Of a DNA stretch of 64,000 nt, positions 1 through 11,420 are shown one piece after another. The notes below the pieces were generated by a model. It made no database searches. It saw nothing but the letters and a program-made list of their open reading frames with translations, and was not told the DNA's origin. A program made the translations under genes and the position numbers. This DNA comes from Octopus sinensis. Lineage: Eukaryota. The stretch is taken from NCBI RefSeq assembly GCF_006345805.1, contig NC_043013.1, forward strand, positions 28,148,001-28,212,000, written 5' to 3'. Positions within the stretch are counted from its first letter, which is position 1. Each line of letters opens with the position of its first letter.

Positions 1-609
1 TTATCTATTTATTTATTTATTTATTTTATTTTTATCTAAGGCTGCTGCGCAAGAGTTCCAGAGGAGAGAAATATGAGGTTTATTTCATGGTGTTTCAACA
101 CAGCATTAGCTATTAAGGTTTCCCCTCTCTAAAACTGGAGTCTATTGAATTCAAACATCAATAAAGAAATGGATGGATTTATCCATTGCACCATCAACAG
201 TTTTTGTGCACCTCTATACTATTGTTCCATCCATTCAACATATCCAAATTCTAAACACTTTGATGCCACTGTCTCCATCCATTTCATTTGCTTCATTGCT
301 TGCTTCAGTGTCCACTCTGATATCTCAGAAGCTTGTGAAGCTAAAAATGCCAACAATTTTTTTTTCCTTCTTTTCATAGAAAGTTATTTGGGTATGTATA
401 CTGGGCAAGATATAAGTTATAAAAAAATATCAAGTACACAGAAAATAAACAAACTATAGAAATACATAAGTTGTGTATATAATTATACAGCAACACAATT
501 TCTGTAATTCTTAAGCAGTGCAAACAAAGTATATTGAAATACTGATATATATACACGTACGGTAAAATTCCATTTAGTTTTCAGTTATTAATATTTTGGT
601 TAATATATA

Positions 610-1001
610 GGCACAGGAGTGACTGTGTGGTAAGTAGCTTGCTTACCAACCACATGGTTCTGGGTTCAGTCCCACTGCATGGCACCTTGGGCAAGTGTCT
701 TCTACTATAGCCTCGGGCTAACCAAAGCCTTATGAGTGGATTTGGTAGACGGAAACTGAAAGAAGCCAGTCATAAATATAAATATATATGTATGTGTGTA
801 TATGTTTGTGTGTGTTTGTCCCCCAACATCACTTGACAACCAATGCTGGTGTGTTCACATCCCCATAACTTAGCAGTTCGGCATAAGAGACCAATAGAAT
901 AAGTACTAGGCTTACAAAGAATAAGTCCTGGGTTCAATTTGCTCAACTAAAGGCGGTGCCGCAGCATGGCTGCAGTCAAATAACTGAAACAAGTAAAAGA
1001 A
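610..1001 (+). mobile_element. tRNA-headed SINE family A, full length
   Basis: A-box tgactgtgtgg, B-box ggttcagtccc, ccttgggcaag, internal (TA/TG)n, tail ...gcagtcaaataactgaaacaagtaaaaga; matches the copies at 7178 and 45268. Confidence 0.85.
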
Positions 1002-1024
1002 TATATTTGGTCGTCCTTTCCATA

Positions 1025-1128
1025 TCGGTTAACTCTGATGAGTGTAAAGTTATATAATCGGATTGTTACCTAACAAAACAATGTATTCCTAGCACGAAAC
1101 TGATTGGTAAGATCAGCCAAGATGGACA
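1025..1128 (+). ncRNA. Degenerate hammerhead-like motif, unrelated in sequence to the PLE one
   Basis: CTGATGA 1035-1041, GTG...CAC stem II, GAAA 1096-1099, CTGAT-tggtaag-ATCAG stem III. The next bases read GCC instead of GTC, and proximal stem I pairing is poor. Confidence 0.45.
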
Positions 1129-1175
1129 TATAATACTGTACATTTCGGATAATATATATATATATATATATATAG

Positions 1176-1290
1176 CTTTTTTCAGTTTTTGTTTACCAAA
1201 TCTACTCACAAGGCTTTAGTTGACTCCATGTTATAGTGAAAGACTTTTGCCGAAAGTGCCATGAAGTGGGACTGAACTTGTAACCACAAT
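1176..1290 (-). mobile_element. SINE family A head fragment, inverted relative to 610-1001
   Basis: ttttcagtttttgtttaccaaatctactcacaaggcttt...gtgggactgaact. Confidence 0.7.
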
Positions 1291-1908
1291 GACACATTTA
1301 ATGTTTATAAATATTTAATCTCATATCTTTCTACACTTTGGAGTTACTGGTACTTATTTATTACCACTAGTTAACCTAAGTGATTCTTACAAATCAATTT
1401 GAAGACCTACGCAAAAAAAAAAAAAACAAGAAAGATTAATAAACAATAAAAAAAAACCCTCTCATCCAAAGAAGCTATGAATTCTAAAAAAGCTTAACTA
1501 TAATTACTCAAGATAAAGACTTTGATAGAATGCTCTGTGTTTTGAAAACACTGACAACAATGAAGAATTATTACTATCTTAAATAACAAATTTCACACAA
1601 GAAAATAAACACCATTACAACTACTACTACTACTACTACTAGTAAGTGGATCTACATTTAGACCAAGACTAAATAAACCTACAAATGATTGATGATAAGA
1701 ATGATGTTTATAAAATGACTATGACTTTGCAAAAGTAAATAAAGCAAATGGCTAATAAATAAACGAATAAATAAATAATAAAAAGATAAACCATACATGA
1801 AAATCTTCCTAATTGAACAAGATAATTTCTGCTTAAGATAAATTCTCTTCTATTCAATGAACTATTTACATCTCTTACTACTTCACCTCTGATAGTTATA
1901 TCGGTTGC

Positions 1909-1955
<47 letters not shown>

Positions 1956-2004
1956 AGCTATTTAAAATACACTATCTCCAAAAAACCAGTTCTACAGTTT
2001 TCTC

Positions 2005-2560
2005 ATACATGTGGCTTCCCTTGGTCAAGTGTCTTCTACTATAGACATGGGCCAAACAAAGCATTGTAAGTGAATGTGGTAGATGGAAACAGAACGAAGA
2101 TAATAATGTACATATATATGTCATTATTCAGTTTATTTAAAGATTTCTTGCCAATAGAGAAAGAACCAGTTTCTAACCTAGATCCAAGGTTCCTTCATTG
2201 GAAGGTATTTTTGTTTGTATGTTTTTTGATATGTCAATATGTATATACATGTGTGTGTGTGTGTGTGTGTGTGTTATATATATATATATGTATGCATGTA
2301 TGTTTGTGTCTCCTTGTCTTGACATCTCATATTATTTGCAAATGGGTGCCTCTGTCATACAAGTATCTATCAATTCATTTTTAACACCCTGCAGAAACAT
2401 GTCTGCCCTGTGGGGAAATATTACCTTGCTTAGAAACAGGTTAGGTTTAGCAATAGGAAGGGCATCCAGCCATTGGAAATCTGGCTTAAAGAATTCCATC
2501 CAAACTATGCAATTATAGAAAAGTGGACAAGAAAATGATGATGATGATGATGATGCTGAG
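2005..2560 (+). mobile_element. SINE with family-A head and alternative tail (aggaagggcatccagc...(GAT)n)
   Basis: ttggtcaagtgtcttctactatag head, microsatellite middle, attaccttgcttagaaacagg tail; paralogues at 3770-4390 and 37260-37640. Confidence 0.7.
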
Positions 2561-2611
2561 GAGGAGGAGGAGGACGACGATGACGACAATGAGGATAATG
2601 ATTCAGAGTGT

Positions 2612-2800
2612 TAAAACTACAAATAAAAGTTGGTCGTTCATCATAACTCATTGGAATTGGCTTTCAGACACAACTTGGAATAAATATTCTGAAAAATTAC
2701 ATTCATGAAAAACAATTTGCACAACATTTGTTAGTCATTACAAATCACACCTGTGCATGGATGGAAGAATTCTACCATTTACTGATAATATTGTTGTTGT
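2612..2800. repeat. ~180-bp unclassified repeat, second copy at 42890-43080
   Basis: catcataactcatt(g/t)gaattg(g/a)ctttcagacacaacttg...aaattacattcatgaaa...caaatcacacctgtgcatgga, followed by (TTG)n in both copies. Confidence 0.8.
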
Positions 2801-3769
2801 TGTTGTTGTTATTATTATTATTATTATTTTCATTTTCCTGTTTGCTATTTCACAGCTTCACATTCAAGAATAAAACTACCTGTTACAACAATACATGTAA
2901 ATATTTAAATTAACAAATTATTTTACAAGACATTAAAAACATAAATAAAAAATATATATTTCTAAAGTGTTCTAGACATTTTTTTTTCTTTTAATTAAAA
3001 TAAATTGATTTGAAATTCCAAGCTCTTAAAATGTATTCCATTGAACTTTTTATTTTTTTATTTGACATTTACCAAATTGCATTGGAATAAAGAAGCAATT
3101 ATTTTCAGATATGTAGATATACTTAAATTACGGTGTATTTCTAACCTAACCCTTTGGTATTCAAACCTGCTAAATCCACGTGCTATAAAAATGGTGCTAC
3201 ATGTTAAAACCAGCACATGCCTGGCCTTATTGACATGTGTTTTGTTTTGTCACTGAAATGAAATGCAATTTTCTTCTAATTTCCTTTCAGTATTTTTTTA
3301 AGGGAAACATGTAACAACATACCTCATTTTTTAAAAAATTTCTATATCAACAGAAGAAGGGTGGTGCCCATAGCCTTCTTTTGCAGCATTTCTATGGTTT
3401 CAAAAAGAGAGTAAAAAGCCACATATCATGAGCTACTGCTGTAGAAAGTAGCACAGCAAGATATTGAGCTATCTGCCCTCAGGTAAGAGACATGGTTTAA
3501 ATATTTACAACAAAGTGGACTCTACTAAAGGGACCTAAGTGTTGGGTGATGTTGTCACACTGGGGAAATCATTAATATTAGGAATTAAAAGATGAAAAAT
3601 GAAAAGGCTATCCATGGCCACCACAAAAATGTAAATATGCTACTTTCATATCTTTCATGAATTTTTTATTAACTACATGAGAAGGAAGCTGGGTATGTCT
3701 TCTCTGAAGAGCAGTCAACAAACTGTGGAACAGTCTGTCAGGAAACTCTCTTTTTATAGGTATGACTGT

Positions 3770-4390
3770 GAGGTTAAAAAGTTTGCTTTACAACAATATG
3801 GTTTTAATTCTGCTATGCAGTTCCTTGAGCAAGTGTCTTCTACTAAAGCTCTGAGCAACCTATATCATGTGAGTGAATTTGCTAAATGGAAACTGTGTGG
3901 AAGTCCATTGTATATGTATGTGCATTTGTGTACACCTACATAAGTGCAAGTATGTCTGTATGGTTAAGAAGTTTGCTTCCCAGCCACATGGTTTTAAGTT
4001 CAGTCCCAATACATGGCACCTAGAACAAGTGTTTTCTACAATAGTTCCTGGGAACCAAAGCCTTGTGAATGGATTTGGTAGATAGAAGCTGAAAGAAGCC
4101 TGTCCTGTGTGCATGAGTGTGTATGTGCACATACATGCGCATAATTCCTTGTCTTGGCATTGCAGACTGGTTGTCAACAGACATCGCTGTCATACAAGTA
4201 GTGTCAGGTCATTTGTTTCCCATCTTTCAGGAACACATGTGCAGTCATGGGGAAAAACATTACCTTACTTGAAAACAGATGAATGTTGGTGACAGTAAGG
4301 GCATCCATCTGTAGAAAATCTGCCAATAGATTCCATCTGATTCATGCAGGCATGGAAAAGATGATGCTAAAATGATGACAATGATGTGGG
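3770..4390 (+). mobile_element. Two family-A SINE heads followed by the alternative tail
   Basis: Repeated ccttgagcaagtgtcttctac / ggcacctagaacaagtgttttctac; tail acattaccttacttgaaaacag...gggcatccatctgtagaaaatctgcc. Confidence 0.65.
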
Positions 4391-4919
4391 TTTGTGTGTG
4401 TATGTGTGTGTGTGTGTGTGTGTGTGCATATATGTGTTTACAGATAAATTGATACACTGTTTTACCTTCTTTTCCTGTGTACACACTGGACTTTACACAC
4501 ACATACACGTATGTCTGTATACACACACACACACACACACACATACATACACACAAGCCAAGAGTATGCATTAGTTAACTGATAAAGAAACTGATCTTAT
4601 TAGCTTCCTAAGCAGTCAGTAAAGATAAAAGTAAAAGAACTGATGAACAGGGGAAAGTGGGGAGGAGGAGGAGGAGACAGAAGGAGCAAGTGAAGCTGTA
4701 GACCTTTAGATGGACATCGTTTATAAAACAATATACGGACACAGAGACTTCATACTGACACAGAGATCTTGTTGGGTCAGCAGACACCAATGAAGTGTGG
4801 GAGATCATTGACTTACAACGAAGATAGCAGCAACACTTCTAGTGAAGTTGCTAATTGTGAAACTGTTGTTGTTGTCAGTATTGTTGTTATCATCCTCATG
4901 GATGTAACATTGCTAGTTG

Positions 4920-5275
4920 TGAAATGCTTAGCGATATTTCATCTGTCTTTACGTTCTGGGTTCAAATTCCGCTGAGGTGGACTTTGCCTTTCATCCTTTC
5001 GAGGTCGATAAATTAAGTACCAGTTAGGTAATCGACTTAATCTGTTTATCTGTCCTTGTTTGTCCCCTCTATGTTTAGCCCCTTGTGGGTAATAAAGAAA
5101 CAGATATTTCCTCTGTCTTTACGTTCTGAGTTCAAATTCCAACGAGGTTGACTTTGCCTTTCGTCCTTTCAGGGTCGATAAATTAAGTACCACTTGCGTA
5201 CTGGGGTCGATCTAATCGACTGGAACCCTCCCCAAAATTTCGGGCTTAAGTGCCATTGAGCAGAAAAGAATATTG
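4920..5275 (+). mobile_element. SINE family C, two partial tandem copies
   Basis: ttctgagttcaaattcc (B-box-like)...ctttgcctttcatcctttc...gataaattaagtacc occurs twice. Confidence 0.8.
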
Positions 5276-5279
5276 GTAG

Positions 5280-5948
5280 TTGCAATGATGGTAAAAATAT
5301 CACTGTTGATGGAGGGGGAAGTAGATATTGATGATGATGATGATGTTATTGGCGTAGAGGTAGTAGCAGAAATAGTAAGAGGTGTTGGTGGTGGTGATAG
5401 TGGTGGCAGTGATAGTGGTAGCAGTGATGGTGGTGATGGTGGTGATAGTGGTGATGGTGGTGATAGTGGTGGTGGTGTTGACAGCATCAACTGTAATGGA
5501 GGTGGTGGCTGAAGTAAGAGACATGAGGATGTTGCTGTGGAGTGGAGGCAGTGGTAGAAAGAGTAAATAACTGTGGTAGTGACAGTCGTCATAATGGTGG
5601 TGGTCATAATGGAGGTGATGGTAGAACGATGGTATTGTAGTGGACGTGGCTGGTGGCGGTTGAAAGAGTAATGGCTGGTAGTGATTGTTATAAAAGTAGT
5701 AGTGATGATGATGATGATGATGGTAGTAGTAGTGGTAGTGGTGGTGACAGAGGCAATGGTAGCGCTAAGAAGGAATGATGATGGTGGTGATGTTGATGGT
5801 TATGGTGATAATCTTGATGATAGCAGTGATGATGTTGGTTGTTGTGGTGATGATGATGATGATGATGATGATGGTGATGATGATGGTGGAATGATAATGC
5901 TGATGATAGTGGTTATGCTGATGATGGTGATAGTGATGATGGTTACAT

Positions 5949-5980
<32 letters not shown>

Positions 5981-6010
5981 CCGTTGATGGCGGGTGAAAA
6001 GTGGTGGTAA
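5280..6010. repeat. Degenerate (GAT/GGT/TAG)n trinucleotide region
   Basis: Runs of gat, ggt and tag; source of the poly-M/D/V/T ORF artefacts. Confidence 0.9.
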
Positions 6011-7136
6011 AACGATGTGGAAGTCATTAAGAGGAAAACAAAGCCCCAAAAAAAAAACAAAAAAAAAACAGCGAACAAAAATGGAAACAAAGGAGAAATG
6101 GATGAACAACAACAACAACAACAAAAAGTATTAACAAACAAGGAAAAAGAGGGGCAGGATGAAGATGAGGATAAGAACGAAAGAAAGCAAAAACAACAAA
6201 AAAACAACAAAAAAATACAGCAAGCAAAATATAAAGTAAAAAAGGAATCCAACTTTTCTCAAAAAGCAAATTGCTTAGAATATGATGCAAAAACAACACC
6301 CTTCACCCAATTCACACACACACACACATTATTTTCCTTCTCCCCAAAAAAAAAACTGGAAATAGATTGGAGAAGCTGACCTGGATGTGACTGGTTTATA
6401 AAAATCTTCAGGAAATGTTTAATGATTTTGTCAATTAAAATATTTTCCCACAGTTAGTTTTATCTCATTTTTTGGTTTCTTTTTTACGGTTAGCTAAACT
6501 AAGATTTGATTTACTCTTCTGATTTCTAAAGTGTTAAAGCCAGCAGGCTGAAGATTTTGAAAGCATTTTTATTAGCATCTTAATAGCCAGTGCCACCTCC
6601 ATTATAATTCCTGAGTTGTTGTTTTTTTTCTTCTTCTTCTCTTGTTTGCCTGCTTTTTTTTGTTGTTGTTGTTGCTTTTAAGACTGTATGCCATGTTAGA
6701 TCTGATGAACTCATCTCTTTTGCCCTGACTAATAAAGCAGCAGCAAGCTGACAGAAATCCTACACATACATATAAATTAAGTTTATATATATATATATAT
6801 ATGCCTGCATGTTTATGTATCTACATTTACTTCTGTACGCACGCACACACATGCACACACACACACAATTCATATTATGCTTAGAAGCAATGCACATAAC
6901 CAGAATAGATCAGAACAAGCCACTCCAAATCTTTGTTATGTTATCTATGTGAATGGATTTAGGACAGGCCAGCTTTGAATTTATTATATGTGTGTGTGTG
7001 TGTGTAATATATGACAGATCTCTCTTCCTATCCATCTATCTGTCTATCTATCTATCTATCTGTCTGTCTATCTATCTATCTATCTATCTGTCTATCTATC
7101 TACATACACACATACACATACATGCATGTACAGTCA

Positions 7137-7177
<41 letters not shown>

Positions 7178-7336
7178 GGAGTGGCTGTGTGGTAAGTAGC
7201 TTGCTAACCAACACATGATTGCGGGTTCAGTCCCACTGCGTGGCATCTTGGGCAAGTGTCTTCTGCTATAGCCCCGGGCCGACCAATGCCTTGTGAGTGG
7301 ATTTGGTAGACGGAAACTGAAAGAAGCCTGTCGTAT

Positions 7337-7371
<35 letters not shown>

Positions 7372-7595
7372 GGTGTGTGTGTGTTTGTTTGTCTGTGTTT
7401 GTCCCCCTAGCATTGCTTGACAACCGATGCTGGTGTGTTTATGTCCCCGTCAATTAGCGGTTCGGCAAAAGAGACCGATAGAATAAGTACTGGGCTTACA
7501 AAGAATAAGTCCCGGGGTCGATTTGCTCGACTAAAGGTGGTGCTCCAGCATGACCGCAGTCAAATGACTAAAACAAGTAAAAGGGTAAAGGGTAA

Positions 7596-7600
<5 letters not shown>
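7178..7600 (+). mobile_element. SINE family A, full length; its (TA)n tail is the PLE target site
   Basis: ggagtggctgtgtggtaagtagcttgc...caaatgactaaaacaagtaaaaggg, then (AT)n at 7601-7638. Confidence 0.9.
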
Positions 7601-7639
<39 letters not shown>

Positions 7640-7643
<4 letters not shown>

Positions 7644-7980
7644 CATTATTGGTGAATTGAAGAAATGGAGCTGAACGCAGATTGAACAGAAATCGTTTTA
7701 TTTCATTCTACACGTGTTTCGAAAGGCACAAATTACCAAAATCCGATTGAATAATGGGACCATATTGTGTCTTTCTCTTCAGGAAGAAAAAGGAAATCCG
7801 TTGGAAAAACAAAAACAGAACAGAGGCAGAGCAAAAACAAATCGAACTGTGCTCCTAAGAGCCCATGGCGAAACTGTTTATCAGTGTATGTTGAGAACCG
7901 GTGGCTGAAGAATTCAACAGGTCAGGCATCGGTCAAACATGTGGGTGGGGGTGTATAGATGTTCTTTGTGTATAGATGTT
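7640..7980 (-). repeat. Inverted, truncated pseudo-LTR copy of the PLE (5' inversion)
   Basis: aaaacattattggtgaattgaag...gggggtgtatagatgttctttg is the reverse complement of caaagaacatctatacaccccc...cttcaattcaccaataatgtttt at 11153-11481 and ~14799-15127. Confidence 0.95.
7701..7790 (-). ncRNA. Type I hammerhead ribozyme in the inverted pseudo-LTR
   Basis: + strand reads tttcattctacacgtgtttcgaaaggcacaa...ttgtgtctttctcttcaggaagaaaa, the exact reverse complement of the unit-1 ribozyme. Confidence 0.83.
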
Positions 7981-8042
7981 CTTTCTATTTCACATAATAC
8001 ATACCGCTTCGTCAAGAAACTGCTACTTTAACCGACGCCATA

Positions 8043-10725
8043 ATGGAGTTGTTCGAGATTGATGCGTCCTTAAGGATATTCCTATACCACCAAAGGATGC
8101 CTTCCTTAAGGAGTTGGTTTGTAAAACCAACGCATTCATAAACCGAATAAGATGGCTCATTTTCTTCCACGAGAACGAAGATCTAAAATCGAACCGGACA
8201 ACTGCATCGTCCGAATACGGCCGGCTTTTTAAACATTGGATACGCCGCCACCGAACCCAAGACTGAAGAAGTTTGAGGACGACTTGTGGGACATAGTCAG
8301 AAAGATAAGTTCAGGAAGTCACCCAGGAGAAATGCCCACCTCAGATACCTAGATAAAATTACCAAGGACATTAATAGAACGGACGGAGTCCTGGTCCAGT
8401 CCGACAAGACCAGGAACACATACAAGATGCCCATTAAGCAGTACCTAGATTTACTCGGTAAAGAGATCAAGAAAAATTATAGAAAAACCAATTGGAGTAC
8501 CCTGAGGAAGGTAAACTTGGAAATTAAGGATATAATATTTAAACACCGAATTCAAATGAGAACTCAGCCGCTTAGCCCCAAGCAACCCAGATTTATAGTG
8601 AAGGACCATAAACCTAACTTCCACACCAACCCAGCGCTAAGACTCATATGCCCTGCTAGATCTGATATCGGGATAATCAGTAAGTACATTTTAGATAAAT
8701 ATATCCCTAGTTTAGTAAACAAGCTGAAGCTCAGCCTCTGGGCCAACTCCTCGCAGGTAGTGAAGTGGTTCTCTTCCATCCCCATAAGAACCGTACTAGG
8801 TTCATTCAGTTTGATATCGCCAGCTTCTACCCCTCGATTAACCCTAGTGTGCTAAATAAGGCCCTCTGGCATGCTCACAACAAGGCAGGCCTCACCAGAG
8901 AAGAGATAGATATCATTTTAGTTGCCAGGAAATCGTTTATTAAGTTTGATAATAAGCTGTGGATCCGTAAGGATACTCCCAATGAATTTGATGTGCCTAT
9001 GGGTAGTTCGGATAGTGCGCAGATAGCCGATTTGGTCGGAATATATATTCTCTACGAATTGTCCGATCAATTCCCGGAAATCGCGGGCGGCCTGTATCGT
9101 GACGATTGTCTGTTTTACCTGCAAAACACCACGAACAGAATAGTGCAGAAAACTAAGAGCAGGTTAGCTAGGTTTTTTAATAGAATGGGCATGAGTATAG
9201 TTTTTGATAACGAACTCACCAAGGCTATTTCCTAGACGTTACACTTAACCTTAATAGCGACTCATACTGCCCTTACCATAAGCCTTCCACTAATTTGAAG
9301 TATGTCAGTGTCTTCTCAATCATGCCAAAACCGTAACAGACAATTTGGTTAAAAACATCTCTCTAAGATTGTCTGGCCTGTCCGCCAGTGCCGATATTTT
9401 TATGCAGAAAGCGGATTTTATAACGCCGCACTATCCAAGGCCGGTTATAGGCAGAAGGTAATTTATATTGATGCCGGCCCTTCCGATGCCATCATTCGGT
9501 CATCAGGATAGGGCCGTATATAATAACATTAACATTTTAAGTAAGGACGGGAGCGCGGCGGATACCGGGGTAGTCGCTCCCGCATTTAATTTAGCGAACA
9601 AGGATAATTATCGGTCCGGGAGGTCTTACACTAACCCAAGACCCGTTATTCATCCGAGAATCACCCACCCAAATGCGAGAGCTGGCGTCCCGACCCATCA
9701 CACTGATAGGAATAAGCATATATGGTTTGTAATCCCCTTTGGTAAGCAGATTAGAACTAACCTCCCCCTCATGTTTAGACAAGCCATCGCCAATAACTTC
9801 CCCAGAAATTCCAAATATTACTCCACGGTTAACTCACATAAAGTTAGGATAGCTTTCTCCAACACTAAAAACCTCGCCCAGATAATCGCCTCCCATAATA
9901 ATAGGCTACTTACTAAGACCCTATCACCTTTTTCCGGAGGCACAGCCTCTTCCGCTCCCGGCTTAATGCTCAGTAGGAATAATTATAGTAGTAATAATGA
10001 TATGAGAGCCAGTACAGTGACACATAATCTCAGCTCCAGCCAGGGAGTACCCACTAGGGGTATAGTTATAAATAGGGGTTTGTGGTTGATGGTAACAATG
10101 GGAGTAGGGTAGAGAGCCCCTTTAGCATCCCCAGCATCATTCCCGCAATAGCAGTACCAGTACCACGGGCAGTAGCAATGACAGCACTCTGATAGATAGT
10201 GGAGAATCAGGGGTTATTCCTATAGTTAATAGTGACGTAGTGGAAAATAGAGTAGTAAGCGGCTGCAGGTCTCGGAACGAATATAGTGACAGGAACGCAG
10301 TTCTAATTTCAGAAACCAATCCTAGCAGAGTAAGATTCACGTCGGCGAACTCCAAGATAAAAAACGCCGTCTACCAATGCAAGGTTTACACGGACTCAGA
10401 TGCCTTCACTTATATAGGGGCATCGTCCTCAAGATTGTCTTTGCGTGTCTCCAACCATTACGCAACTTTTCGGGACGTGAACAAGCGCCAGACCACGGGA
10501 CTCAGTAAGCTAATATGGCGACTGAAGGATGCGAACTTAAGCTATAGGCTGGAATGGTCAATTTTGTCGGTGGCCCTCCCATTTGATAGGGGCAGAAGAC
10601 AGTGCAACCTTTGTGTCTCCGAACTCTTCCATATTTTGTTTGCCAGAGGCCGGATGGTAAACGGGCTATTACAGTCGGCTTTTCGATGCCCCCATTGGCG
10701 GCGTTACACTTATCTGGCCTTAAAT
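8043..10725 (+). pseudogene. PLE unit 1 ORF: reverse transcriptase + GIY-YIG endonuclease, several frameshifts as assembled
   Basis: ATG 8043 (MELFEIDASLKDIPIPP...). Pieces appear in ORFs 8286-8855, 8765-9235, 9468-10112 and 10240-10740. Near-identical to unit 2 apart from 1-bp and short indels. Confidence 0.9.
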
Positions 10726-11330
10726 AGCGTTCATAAATAAGACCGGCACCCATAGCCCTTGGTAACAAATTCTGAAATAGATTTTAAGATATCTACAATA
10801 ACCACTGCAAGGAAATTACTCCTGTAAGACAAACGGGGCTTGTTTTTTCACAGCGGGGGGTTTCCTTGTCAAGGTAGGCTTAGATGAACACACCACACAC
10901 ACATAAAACATAAAATATATATATAATTTCTTTATTTTTTTCTTTCTGCCACCCAACGGTTATCACGGCAGTAGCCACTGACAGCCGAACGATCAAACGC
11001 ACACACGTACACAAAAAATGTTTTCTACCCCTACGCCAACACACACATATATAGAACAGTATACACACACACACGTCTCTAAGTAGATTTTTTCTCGCCC
11101 CTTATAAAACATCCAATATTCTTTAAATAGTCAGAACTTTATTCTCGGTCACAAAGAACATCTATACACCCCCACCCACATGTTTGACCGATGCCTGACC
11201 TGTTGAATTCTTCAGCCACCGTTCTCAACATACACTGATAAACAGTTTCGCCATGGGCTCTTAGGAGCACAGTTCGATTTGTTTTTTGCTCTGCCTCTGT
11301 TCTGTTTTTTGTTTTTCAACGGATTTCCTT

Positions 11331-11420
11331 TTTTCTTCCTGAAGAGAAAGACACAATATGGTCCCATTATTCAATCGGATTTTGGTAATTTGTGCCTTTC
11401 GAAACACGTGTAGAATGAAA
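11331..11420 (+). ncRNA. Type I hammerhead ribozyme in PLE pseudo-LTR (unit 1)
   Basis: Stem I ttttcttc / gaatgaaa; core CTGAAGA 11339-11345; stem II GAAAG(A)CACAA...TTGTG(C)CTTTC; GAAA 11401-11404; stem III ACAC/GTGT (palindrome, no loop); cleavage triplet GUA, cut after 11412. Confidence 0.85.

Noticed and set aside
610-700. tRNA genes at SINE heads
   Set aside because: A/B boxes are present but there is no cloverleaf or terminator, and the heads run into SINE bodies.
3700-3750. CTGAAGA-GCAG...CTGT-GGAAC-AGTC hammerhead-like string
   Set aside because: GAAA core altered, no stem I; compatible with chance.
5212-6379. Cluster of 60-150 aa ORFs (poly-M/V/D/T/H, K/Q-rich)
   Set aside because: Translations of trinucleotide and A-rich microsatellites in several frames on both strands.
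7905-7945. CTGAAGA...CAAACATGT second antisense hammerhead candidate in the pLTR
   Set aside because: G12 is replaced by C, no stem II closure and no stem I partner.
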